Positions 45,381 through 54,066 of a stretch of DNA of 64,000 nt are shown piece by piece. This DNA comes from Candidatus Peregrinibacteria bacterium CG11_big_fil_rev_8_21_14_0_20_49_14 (GTDB taxonomy: Bacteria > Patescibacteriota > Gracilibacteria > Peribacterales > Peribacteraceae). The translations under genes were made by a program, and so were the position numbers. The DNA lies in assembly GCA_002787035.1 (NCBI GenBank), contig PCVP01000034.1, positions 15,902 through 79,901 of the forward strand, in the 5' to 3' direction. How positions within the stretch are numbered: position 1 is the first letter of the stretch; each line of letters begins with the position of its first letter. The notes beneath the pieces were generated by a model, which saw only the letters and a program-made list of their open reading frames with translations, had not been told where the DNA came from and searched no databases.

Positions 45381-45725
45381 CTATGGTCGTACGATGGAGA
45401 CAGATACGGCTTGGGTGTTTGGCACGATAAATTTCTGAATACTCACACTCACACTTGTCGGTGCAAATTCCGCGAGAATCCGTGATGCAATATCTTCTGC
45501 GAATCGTTCCAGTGTCTTGCGTTCTTTTGTCGCTTCTTCGGCGATCATTGCGGCAACGAGGTCGTAGTCTATTGAGTCCGCAATTGCGTCGCTTTCGCCC
45601 GCCTGCTTCGTATCGGTATGCATTTGAACCGTAACAAGCACTCGCTGTGTCGCCTTGCGTTCTTCGTCGGGTACGCCAATTCTCGTCTGTACCTCAAGCC
45701 CTTGAATACAGATGATATCGCTCAT
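45381..45725 (-). CDS. folB: Dihydroneopterin aldolase
   Basis: 114 aa with the FolB pattern IQGLEVQTRIGVPDEERKATQRVLVTVQM...DYDLV. Confidence 0.9.
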   Translation of the reverse strand: MSDIICIQGLEVQTRIGVPDEERKATQRVLVTVQMHTDTKQAGESDAIADSIDYDLVAAMIAEEATKERKTLERFAEDIASRILAEFAPTSVSVSIQKFIVPNTQAVSVSIVRP

Positions 45726-45743
45726 GAGCTGACAGCAGGGGAG

Positions 45744-48167
45744 TTACTCCTGTTTTTTACGCACTCCGAAGAGTTCGGGACGCTCTCCGAGTGGTGTAAG
45801 AGCCAGCTTACGCACAAGGAAACGTGTGATGACTATGGCTGTGAACATGGAGAGCAGAACACCGAGTCCGAGTGTGACTGCGAATCCTCGGACGATGGAC
45901 GTACCGATGGTAAACAGAATGGCACAGGTAATGAACGTGGAAACGTTTCCGTCTCGAATGCTCGGCCAAGCGCGCTTGAATCCTATTTCTGCGGCTGTGG
46001 TAAGAAGCTTTCCTTTTCGTAGTTCTTCTTTCATGCGTTCAAAAATAAGTACGTTCGCATCCACCGCCATACCGATACTCAGAATGATTCCCGCCATACC
46101 TGCCAAGCTGAGTACGATGTACTGACTTGAGAAGAGCAGCAACGGCAGTTTGAGCATTGCAAAGAAAATAAGTGCGTACACGCTCAGTGCAATATCTGCC
46201 ATAAGGCCGAGGAGACGGTACACAAGAATCATGTAGACCATCAGAATGATAATACCTATTACGGCGGCTCTCAGAGAGGTTTGCAGTGCTTCTGCGCCCA
46301 ATGTTGCTTCCACAGTACGCTGACCCGAGAGATAAATAGGAGCGGGAATGGCACCTGTGTTCAGATCTTGTGCCAAAGATTTGGCGTCATCGAAACTGCG
46401 CATACCCGTAATGATTGCAATGCCTCCGGAAATTTCTGTTTGAACGGTAGGAGCGGAAACAAGTTGGCCGCCCACAAATATGGCGATGCGTTTATCGATA
46501 TTATTTGCCGTAAGCTCTTGGAAAAGCTTGGCGCCTTCGTCGTCGAATGTAATTTGAACGACAGGGATGTTTGTAACGGGGTCCAATGTTACCGTTGCCG
46601 TTTGGAAGTGCTTGCCGTCCAACGGCGTGTCTTTCCATCCTGTCGGGATAAGAGAAAGGAAAATACTGCGCAGGAAGACCATGTCTTCCATGCTGCGTAC
46701 GTCGCCGTCCTGCAGACGCTTCAGCAGAGCTTCTGCTCTTGTGGTTGCACTTTCGCCTGTAACTTGCAGCTCTTCGAATGTTGCTTGATCTGCGTTATTT
46801 ACAGGGGTGGAGTCCGCTCTGATTATGTGGAAGCCGAATGCGGTTTCGACCGGGTCGGAAATTTGTCCTTTTGCAAGAGCAAATGATGCTTCGGCAAATG
46901 CGGGAACCATGGTATCGCGTCCGAATGTGCCCAGACTTCCTCCGTCCTTTCCGGAAGGTCCGTCGGAGTATGTGGCTGCCAATGATTCAAACGATTCTCC
47001 CGCAGTAAGTTTGCCCTTTATTTCAGTGGCCAATTCGAGAGCCTCTTCTTTGGTGCGAGTGACATCGAGACTGGCGGATGTTGCTCCTTCGTAGGCTATG
47101 AGAATATGGCTTGCTTCCATTTCTTCTCTTCCCGGCACGAAGCCCTGTAAGAAAAGAATTCGTGCGGAGTCATCTGCAAGAGTCACTGTGTGCAATTCTC
47201 CGGGTCGCATGCCGCGCAGAATGCCTGCCACAAGGGGATCTACCGTGGTGAGATCCTCTTTTTCATAAGAGAGGTGGGAAACTCCCTCTTCTTGCTTCTC
47301 CAGAAGATCAAATGCGATTCCTGCTTCATTTATAACACGACCGGTTTGCGTACGAGCACGAGAGACTTGAGAGAGGAAAATTCCGGGCACTTCTTGCTGA
47401 GCAGGATTTCCTTCGGCATCAGTTTGCTGAATGATAAGCACTCCTTCTCTGCGGTAGACAGTTTCTCCCGCAGGCTTGTTCCAGAGATCTTCCAACCCTT
47501 CAGGAAGCGCATCTTGAAAGTATCGTCCGTTGTCTATGTATGCCACTCCCAAATCGTCACTGATATCTTCGGCTACCACCTGCAGCGTGTCTCCACTTTG
47601 CGTAAACCGACGTAGCGTGGCGTCCGCCTTTTCTCGTACGGAGCTTTCAAACTCTTTTGTCGGTTCCGTAAATTCTTCCTTGAATTCAAGCTTAATGGTC
47701 TTACCCACCGTATCTATACACACTTGCGTATCTACGACACCGGGACACTCGACAAGAAGATGCTTCTCGTTTCCTATGTAGGAAGGTGTGATGGTTGACT
47801 CACTCACACCGAGGGCGTTTATGCGTCGTTCCAGAACCGTGCGAATGGCTTCCATTATGTTACGCTGCTGCGCCTCTATGTTACTGCGTTGCAACTGAAC
47901 CTGCGCAATGGCATCCGACGAGGCGTGCGATGCTTCCAGTTCTGCTATTTGCGCAGTCAGGTCAGCAATCTGCTGACGGATTTCTTCCTCGGATATACGG
48001 AAATCAAGTTGCGTACCTCCGGCAAGATCCAACCCGAAGTGCAGTCCCGCATTGCGAATAAAGCTCGGCGACCATTGTTTCGAACTCTCCGGCAATGCGA
48101 CAAGAATAAGAAAGAGTGCGACAACGCAAGTGATGATAGGCCATGTATACGATTGCTTCTTTGCCAT
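45744..48167 (-). CDS. secD: Protein translocase subunit SecD with an inserted parvulin-type PPIase domain
   Basis: It has an N-terminal TM and a P1 region (FGLDLAGG...IAIFVGGQLVSAPTV), and C-terminal TM2-6 (SIGMAVDANVLIFERMKEE). Residues about 350-453 read ASHILIAY...SGKDGGSLGTFGRDTMVPAFAEA...FGFHIIR, which is a parvulin domain. Confidence 0.9.
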   Translation of the reverse strand: MAKKQSYTWPIITCVVALFLILVALPESSKQWSPSFIRNAGLHFGLDLAGGTQLDFRISEEEIRQQIADLTAQIAELEASHASSDAIAQVQLQRSNIEAQQRNIMEAIRTVLERRINALGVSESTITPSYIGNEKHLLVECPGVVDTQVCIDTVGKTIKLEFKEEFTEPTKEFESSVREKADATLRRFTQSGDTLQVVAEDISDDLGVAYIDNGRYFQDALPEGLEDLWNKPAGETVYRREGVLIIQQTDAEGNPAQQEVPGIFLSQVSRARTQTGRVINEAGIAFDLLEKQEEGVSHLSYEKEDLTTVDPLVAGILRGMRPGELHTVTLADDSARILFLQGFVPGREEMEASHILIAYEGATSASLDVTRTKEEALELATEIKGKLTAGESFESLAATYSDGPSGKDGGSLGTFGRDTMVPAFAEASFALAKGQISDPVETAFGFHIIRADSTPVNNADQATFEELQVTGESATTRAEALLKRLQDGDVRSMEDMVFLRSIFLSLIPTGWKDTPLDGKHFQTATVTLDPVTNIPVVQITFDDEGAKLFQELTANNIDKRIAIFVGGQLVSAPTVQTEISGGIAIITGMRSFDDAKSLAQDLNTGAIPAPIYLSGQRTVEATLGAEALQTSLRAAVIGIIILMVYMILVYRLLGLMADIALSVYALIFFAMLKLPLLLFSSQYIVLSLAGMAGIILSIGMAVDANVLIFERMKEELRKGKLLTTAAEIGFKRAWPSIRDGNVSTFITCAILFTIGTSIVRGFAVTLGLGVLLSMFTAIVITRFLVRKLALTPLGERPELFGVRKKQE

Positions 48168-48173
48168 GCTGTG

Positions 48174-48830
48174 TTACGGAGCCAATGTAAATGTTACATG
48201 CATTCCCACGTTCACGTCATCGGCAAATACGTTTGCCAACTGAACCGTGGGAATATCTGTAATGATAATTTCATCTTTCAGTTCGTTCGTATCGACAAGG
48301 AGTTTGGAAACCAAGCTTCCGCGAACAAAAATTCCAATGTACTTGTTTTGATTTTCTTCAAATAAGGAACCCATTAAGTCGCGTCCCTCCTGTGTGAAGA
48401 GAATGCTTACTCTTCCTTTCCCTCCCGGTTCTTCGGAGGATTGCAGCCATTTCAGTTGCTCATGGGAAATGCCTGTTTTTTTAAATCCGCCGTGCCCCTC
48501 CACAACAACATCCGCATCTTCTGTGGACGATTCCAACATAATGTAGAGCTCGAACGGCGTTGTGAGTTCATCGGTAAGAATATCCAGGGCAGCTTGCTCT
48601 TTGGCTTCCACGTACATTTGGTTCTTACCGTTCTTTCGTTGCATATCGAGATCCACGAGTTCTTCTCCTATGTTTGCCATGCGCCTTTCTATGACACGAA
48701 GGCTCGCCAGAAGCAGCATGCTGCCACGCTCTTCATCGTCTGTGTTCAGCGTGACATTGTAGAGTACGGATGCTGTGCTGCACCCCGTAAGCAGGGGCAG
48801 AAGTGCCAAAAGAAGAAGTGGTCGTTTCAT
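48174..48830 (-). CDS. Lipoprotein with a SecD-P1-like C-terminal segment
   Basis: It has the lipobox LLTGC. The C-terminal IGIFVRGSLVSKLLVDTNELKDEIIITD...ANVFADDVNVG parallels the segment IAIFVGGQLVSAPTVQTEISGGIAIITG...AKSLAQDLNTG in SecD itself. Its stop lies 6 nt upstream of the secD start. Confidence 0.7.
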   Translation of the reverse strand: MKRPLLLLALLPLLTGCSTASVLYNVTLNTDDEERGSMLLLASLRVIERRMANIGEELVDLDMQRKNGKNQMYVEAKEQAALDILTDELTTPFELYIMLESSTEDADVVVEGHGGFKKTGISHEQLKWLQSSEEPGGKGRVSILFTQEGRDLMGSLFEENQNKYIGIFVRGSLVSKLLVDTNELKDEIIITDIPTVQLANVFADDVNVGMHVTFTLAP

Positions 48831-48881
48831 GTGGTAGCGAGTGTAGGGAAGCTGAGTCCCTCATGCAATCAGGAGATGCTG

Positions 48882-49838
48882 TTAGTTTTGTGTCAATATT
48901 GTGCCGGATCTGAGCATCTTTCCTGTCAGGTCTATCCCTTTCAGGGAGCAGTGTACATCCAGTATGCAGTCTGTGAGTACGCAGTCTTCCACCGTGCAAC
49001 CGTCAAAAAGAACCACATTTTCAAGTACACTCTTGCGGATTGTGACGTTTTCACCCGCCACGACCGTGCCATGCACTTCTGTTTCTTCCATCTGTGCGGT
49101 TGCATGGAGCAGTGCTTTTTCGCCTACCAGTGCTTTGGTCGCTTCCAGGTATGCGTCGAAAGATCCTATATCGAACCATGGTTCCTCGAATATATATGCC
49201 GCAACGGGCTTTCCCTTTGAGAGCAGTTCTTCAAATATGCCTCCGACGTTATCGGGGTGATTTGCCGCGTAGGCACAGAGAATAGGAATGGCAGATGCCG
49301 GCAGATACGAACACCCTGTGCTGACAAGCGTTGTTTTCGGTTCCCGGGGTTTCTCCTCGAATGCTTCTATTGTCCTGCCGTCTTTTCCCACTATGACCGT
49401 ACCGAATGCCTTTGCTGCCTCCAGGTTCCCGATATCGTATGCGGCGAGCAGTGCGGTATCCGGACTTGTTTCTTTAAGGAAGGAATCCATGGAAAATCCG
49501 CAGTAGTTGTCTCCCGTAAGCAGCAACAGGTCCTCCGCGAAGTTCTGCTGCGTCACCCATGTGGCAACCGCACCGAGAGCGCCGAGTTTATGGTCGTCGT
49601 GCGCCGCATCTTCTATGACAATGGAGACATTCGGTCGCTGCAGCGTTGCATGCCACTGTTCAAAGCCTTCTCGCAATGCAGCATTGGTGCTGACTGTAAT
49701 GGGAATCTCTTTCGGTATTTGTTCCACGAGATGCGAAATAATCGGCTTACCGGCAAGGGGCAGAAGCGGCTTTGCCCGTTTCTCGGTGAGTGGCCAGAGG
49801 CGAGTGGCAAATCCGCCGGCGAGTATGAATGCGTGCAT
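48882..49838 (-). CDS. Sugar-phosphate nucleotidyltransferase with C-terminal left-handed beta-helix
   Basis: The N-terminal motif is ILAGGFATRLWPLTEKRAKPLLPLAGKP. The C-terminus has hexapeptide-like repeats (VVAGENVTIRKSVLENVVLFDGCTVEDCVLTDCIL). Confidence 0.85.
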   Translation of the reverse strand: MHAFILAGGFATRLWPLTEKRAKPLLPLAGKPIISHLVEQIPKEIPITVSTNAALREGFEQWHATLQRPNVSIVIEDAAHDDHKLGALGAVATWVTQQNFAEDLLLLTGDNYCGFSMDSFLKETSPDTALLAAYDIGNLEAAKAFGTVIVGKDGRTIEAFEEKPREPKTTLVSTGCSYLPASAIPILCAYAANHPDNVGGIFEELLSKGKPVAAYIFEEPWFDIGSFDAYLEATKALVGEKALLHATAQMEETEVHGTVVAGENVTIRKSVLENVVLFDGCTVEDCVLTDCILDVHCSLKGIDLTGKMLRSGTILTQN

Positions 49839-49841
49839 AGG

Positions 49842-50654
49842 CTAGCGGAAAAACCAAGTCCACCAGTGTTCTTTGGGACTTACGATGGTTACGGGCTGAC
49901 CTTCCAGCGTATCGATACGCTCGTCTCGTTCCACGATACCCAGAACCGACGGCAGCAGCAGATACGTGCAACCGCGTTGGCGGCATGCACTCAGAAGGTT
50001 GAGTGACTGCTCCAAATCACTGCATTGTATGAGGTGCGTGATGCGCTCGCTTTCCATTATTTCTTCCAATTTGTTCAGCTTGCCACGTACGGGCACGCCT
50101 TCCACTTCACTTTCTTTGGAGCCTTTGCCATCCAGTATGGCAACGGGCTTTAAAGGGTGACTGCTTTCGTTAAGCTTGCGAATAAGTCGTGCGGATTCAC
50201 GTGTGACTCCTATGACCAGAGTGGGGAATGCCGCAGGATCTCTCCGTAAAATTCGGCGAAGCAACACGGAGTACGCAATGTGCCACAACCATATGCCTGC
50301 CGCACTGAAAACGAACGCCATAATAAGGAGCATACGACTGAAGAACTGTTCGTACCGGAAATAGTACACCAGTGTGAACAGTGCCACTCCCACCAGGGCT
50401 GAGTAGGTAATATAGGCAGCATTTCTCATGGTCGCTTGCGATCTTGTCAGCGAAAATGTTCGTGTTGTTGCCAGTACAAGCAGCCATACGGGCGCAACCG
50501 TTACGACGGCAGTCAGAAAATTACCGAACGGGAAATCCGAGGAAAATATCCATCCCACACGCAAAAAGTATGCGAGGCAAAACACTGCCATAAAGAGTGT
50601 GATATCGCTGAGAAGCCACAGAAGAACAAGCGTACGGTATCTCATAAGATGCAC
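49842..50654 (-). CDS. N-terminal (membrane plus CoA-binding-like) part of a WbaP/WcaJ-type phosphoglycosyl transferase; catalytic domain absent
   Basis: Four N-terminal TM helices are followed by TLVIGVTRESARLIRKL...PVAILDG...GVPVRG, as in large PGTs. The ORF ends at 270 aa, where the Bac_transf domain would normally begin. Confidence 0.6.
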   Translation of the reverse strand: MHLMRYRTLVLLWLLSDITLFMAVFCLAYFLRVGWIFSSDFPFGNFLTAVVTVAPVWLLVLATTRTFSLTRSQATMRNAAYITYSALVGVALFTLVYYFRYEQFFSRMLLIMAFVFSAAGIWLWHIAYSVLLRRILRRDPAAFPTLVIGVTRESARLIRKLNESSHPLKPVAILDGKGSKESEVEGVPVRGKLNKLEEIMESERITHLIQCSDLEQSLNLLSACRQRGCTYLLLPSVLGIVERDERIDTLEGQPVTIVSPKEHWWTWFFR

Positions 50655-50697
50655 GCTTTAGCGTACGGCAAGTTTCCCGCTCCGTGAAGCAGCTTTC

Positions 50698-51615
50698 CTA
50701 TCTTCGTGCCAACAGATCCGATGGCGGCATCCATTCGTAGGCCAGTTTGGTTATATCCCACGGCACTGTGCCACTCCACTGCGTATCACTTTTGGCGACC
50801 ACCGGTATGCCGGGAAGGTGCTGCCGGAACCAGTTGTATTTCTGGGCAATGGCAGGGTTTTCCTGTGCTCGTTGCGCAAACACTTCGCGATGAAGCATGT
50901 AGTATACGAAGCTCTCTGCAAAGTCTTCGAACATATCCCACGATGCATAGCCGGATACGAAGTCTTCGGGTTGAGAACCTGGTCGAGGAGTTTCTGCCGC
51001 CAACCAAGAGATTGCGTAAAAACTGACACTTTGGTCGTTGCCCCATATGGGCTCCGAACGGTCTTTGTAATTCGTACCGCCTCCTGCCGTTGTTCCTACC
51101 AAACAACCCAAATCAAATACGTGTCCGAATTCATGAAAGAAGAGCGCACGGAATTCATCGTCCGGCACGTGCCCCGCCAGAATCATTGTGGATTTTCCGG
51201 AGAGACCTCTGTGTTCGGGATTATCGTAACGGACGTAGAATTTTTGAAGCACCTTCTGACAACGCTCCGGCATAAGACGAAGACCTTGGTCTGCCATGAG
51301 TTTATGTTTTAATTCTATGTCTTTCTGATCGATAACAGGAGAGAGAGTCGCCACTCGCGGGCTCGGAGCCACTGCCGCACCTCTTTGTATGTGCATCTGC
51401 CTCAAATAGGTACGAGTGTACGATGTGTACCGAGGGTATCCCGCTGCATAGAGTTCTTCGTTTTTACTGCGAATAGCCGCACTCCAGACCTGCCGAATAC
51501 TTGCAGAGTCTGCAAGATATGGTACGCTCGTGTCAGAAGGCACGCTTGTATGCGTGGTACCACTGAAGAGGAAGAGCGCGGAGAGGAAGAGAGCGGTTTC
51601 TCGCATGTGGGGCAA
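50698..51615 (-). CDS. Secreted zinc metallopeptidase-like protein (HExxH)
   Basis: It has a signal-like N-terminus (ALFLSALFLFSGTTHTS) and the motif FFHEFGHVFD. No closer family assignment is possible by eye. Confidence 0.65.
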   Translation of the reverse strand: MPHMRETALFLSALFLFSGTTHTSVPSDTSVPYLADSASIRQVWSAAIRSKNEELYAAGYPRYTSYTRTYLRQMHIQRGAAVAPSPRVATLSPVIDQKDIELKHKLMADQGLRLMPERCQKVLQKFYVRYDNPEHRGLSGKSTMILAGHVPDDEFRALFFHEFGHVFDLGCLVGTTAGGGTNYKDRSEPIWGNDQSVSFYAISWLAAETPRPGSQPEDFVSGYASWDMFEDFAESFVYYMLHREVFAQRAQENPAIAQKYNWFRQHLPGIPVVAKSDTQWSGTVPWDITKLAYEWMPPSDLLARR

Positions 51616-51649
51616 AAAAAGGAATAATTTATACTATAATTATTAAACA

Positions 51650-53101
51650 ATGTCAATACTTGAAGAGCCGTCTGTCCATACCGGGCAACAGCACACAGTC
51701 ACCATAGAAAAGTTAACCCATGGGGGCGCAGGACTTGCTCATATAGACGGAATGGCCGTTTTTGTGCCCGGCACCGTACCCGGACAGCAAGTGGCAATTA
51801 CGATCACCAAAAAGAAGGATGGACACTGTGAATCCAAGGTTATGAAGGTGCTGAAGCGCTCCAAAGATGAAATTCAGCCCCGTTGTGCCCATTTTCATGA
51901 TTGCGGAGGGTGTACGTGGCAAAATTTGTCGTATGACAAGCAGATTAACTATAAAGAGGAGATTGTTCGGGAAACCATCGAACATCTCACACCCATAGAC
52001 AAAGCAGAACGGGCAAAACTGCCCGGAAGAGTGCTGAAAATCATTCCCAGCCCGCAGGTATTTCATTATCGCAATAAGCTGGAACTGAGTTTCGGATACG
52101 AAAACATGCGCTGCGAGGATAAAGAGGGGCGTCGCATATACTTCGATGAAAATCCCAGTATTGGCTTTCATCAGCCGGGGCAGTGGGCGACGGTACTGCC
52201 TGTGACTGAATGTCATTTATACGATGAGCAGATCGGGACACTTCTTTCCGATGTGCGCAGATTTATGCAGGATACGAAGTTGCCTGTGTACAACCCGAAA
52301 ACACACAAAGGAATGCTGCGCACGCTGCTGCTTCGTCGCGGAGTGCAGACAGGAGAGCATATGCTCGCTTTTGTTGTGAAGGCGAAGAAGAAGGAGCTGG
52401 AGCCGCTGTTTCAGTACTTCATGCGTTTCGGCGGACGGTCCGGTTTGAAATCTCTGCTTGTGGTGGAGAACATAGGACAGAATGATAAGCCGGAGAATCC
52501 GAAGATACACTCTCTCATCGGTGGTACTACCATCACGGAGCGCCTCTTCGATCTTACGTTTGAAATTTCACCGTTCTCTTTCTTCCAGACCAACACACTT
52601 GCAACGGAAAAATTGTACCAAGCAATTGTGGAAGGTGCGGATTTGACTATGCGAGATACCGTGCTCGATGCCTACTGCGGTATGGGAACCATAGGCCAGT
52701 ATTTGGCAAGGTTTTGCGAGAAGGTTGTCGGTGTGGAAAGTCACCCCAGCGCGGTGGAAGATGCACTTCGCAGTGCGGGGAAGAACAGAATCGGGAACAT
52801 CAGTTTCTACAAAGGCAGAACGGAACAAGTGTTGCACCAGCAGTTGAAAGCGGGCGGCAAATACAAGTTCTCCGTTGTGGTGGTGGATCCTCCGCGTGCG
52901 GGGTTGCACCCGCAGGCAAGAGAAGCGGTCATAGCGCATTCTCCGGAGAGAATTGTGTATGTTTCCTGCAATACCGCCACCTTTGCACGAGATCTCGCAG
53001 AATTCCTGAAAGCAGGGTACGAGCTGCGAACGGTACAGCCTGTGGATATGTTCCCGCACACGGCACACATAGAAACAGTGTCTGTGCTTCAGAAGAAGTA
53101 A
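51650..53101 (+). CDS. RumA/TrmA-family RNA (uracil-C5)-methyltransferase with TRAM domain
   Basis: The TRAM region is HTVTIEKLTHGGAGLAHIDGMAVFVPGTVPGQ. It carries the Fe-S Cys cluster RCAHFHDCGGCTWQ, the SAM motif DAYCGMGTIG, VVVDPPRAGL, and the catalytic YVSCNTATFARD. Confidence 0.9.
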   Translation: MSILEEPSVHTGQQHTVTIEKLTHGGAGLAHIDGMAVFVPGTVPGQQVAITITKKKDGHCESKVMKVLKRSKDEIQPRCAHFHDCGGCTWQNLSYDKQINYKEEIVRETIEHLTPIDKAERAKLPGRVLKIIPSPQVFHYRNKLELSFGYENMRCEDKEGRRIYFDENPSIGFHQPGQWATVLPVTECHLYDEQIGTLLSDVRRFMQDTKLPVYNPKTHKGMLRTLLLRRGVQTGEHMLAFVVKAKKKELEPLFQYFMRFGGRSGLKSLLVVENIGQNDKPENPKIHSLIGGTTITERLFDLTFEISPFSFFQTNTLATEKLYQAIVEGADLTMRDTVLDAYCGMGTIGQYLARFCEKVVGVESHPSAVEDALRSAGKNRIGNISFYKGRTEQVLHQQLKAGGKYKFSVVVVDPPRAGLHPQAREAVIAHSPERIVYVSCNTATFARDLAEFLKAGYELRTVQPVDMFPHTAHIETVSVLQKK

Positions 53102-53109
53102 TTGCGACT

Positions 53110-53604
53110 ATGCATAAAATCACACTGCTCTGCGTAGGCTCTCTTAAGTCTTCCTGGGCGGCGGAAGGGTGTGCGCAATATACCGAACGACTGCGAAGTG
53201 CCATGGATTTGGAAATAGTGGAGTTGGCTGCCAGCAAAGAGAAAGACCCGGAACGCCAACTGAAAGAGGAGAGTGCGAAGATTCTCGATGCCATTGCAAA
53301 GAGATCGGGACGTGTGTGGGTGCTGGATGAAACTGGCAAATCTTTCACGTCATCTGCATATTCCGATGCTCTTATTGCCCTGCGCAACGAAGGACAGCCT
53401 CTTATTTTCGTCATAGGAGGTGCGTACGGGCTGAGTGATGACGTTCGAACCAAGGCGGATACGATGCTTCGCCTCAGCGATATGACTCTTCCGCACGAGC
53501 TCTGTCGTGTGTTCTTTCTGGAGCAACTGTACCGCGCAATGCAGATAGAGAAGGGGGCCGGCCGTCGCCAAGGCTATGGCCGGCAGGGCGGATATCATCA
53601 TTGA
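53110..53604 (+). CDS. rlmH: 23S rRNA (pseudouridine1915-N3)-methyltransferase
   Basis: Start trimmed to MHKITLLCVGSLK. The SPOUT pattern is present (VWVLDETGKSFTS...LIFVIGGAYGLS...LSDMTLPHEL). The C-terminus has an extra Gly/Arg-rich stretch before YHH. Confidence 0.9.
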   Translation: MHKITLLCVGSLKSSWAAEGCAQYTERLRSAMDLEIVELAASKEKDPERQLKEESAKILDAIAKRSGRVWVLDETGKSFTSSAYSDALIALRNEGQPLIFVIGGAYGLSDDVRTKADTMLRLSDMTLPHELCRVFFLEQLYRAMQIEKGAGRRQGYGRQGGYHH

Positions 53605-53667
53605 GTGGTATTCATAGTCATTATTTAAACTGATGCATATGTGTGAAGTTTCTGTACAATGACGGGT

Positions 53668-54033
53668 ATGAAACTTCGTGAAATAGCACGCCTTACGTGG
53701 CTTCCCGTTGTGGGAGCGTCGCTTTGTTGCCTGAGTCCCATAGTGGTTGTACTGCTCGGACTCGGTTCGGTGACGTTCGCAAGTTCGTTGGCAGATACGC
53801 TCTACCATGATTACAAGTGGGTCTTTCGTAGTGTCGGCCTTTTGCTTCTCGTTATTGCCGTGGTGTGGCACTTCCGGAAGAAGGGTGTGTGTACGCTCAA
53901 TCAGGCAAAGCGTCATACGAATGAAATACTCAACACGGTACTCATTACTCTCTTTGCGGGAGTACTGGGGTATGTGCTCTTCCTGTACGTCGTGGTGCAT
54001 TACGTGGGAGTGTGGCTGCTCTTGTGGGCGTAG
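53668..54033 (+). CDS. MerT/MerF-superfamily-like membrane protein with vicinal-Cys TM1 (copy 1)
   Basis: About 121 aa with three predicted TM segments. TM1 reads ASLCCLSPIVVVLLGLG, and a loop Cys lies in KKGVCTL. It is a close paralog of 61207..61572. Confidence 0.6.
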   Translation: MKLREIARLTWLPVVGASLCCLSPIVVVLLGLGSVTFASSLADTLYHDYKWVFRSVGLLLLVIAVVWHFRKKGVCTLNQAKRHTNEILNTVLITLFAGVLGYVLFLYVVVHYVGVWLLLWA

Positions 54034-54066
54034 TGTGAGAAGGTCTGCGGATAGATTGCGGTATGC

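Noticed and set aside
53560-53604. Gly/Arg-rich insertion (GAGRRQGYGRQGG) before the C-terminal YHH of RlmH
   Set aside because: It is probably a lineage-specific tail variation of no clear significance. It could also reflect a local frameshift, but nothing in the sequence allows a decision.
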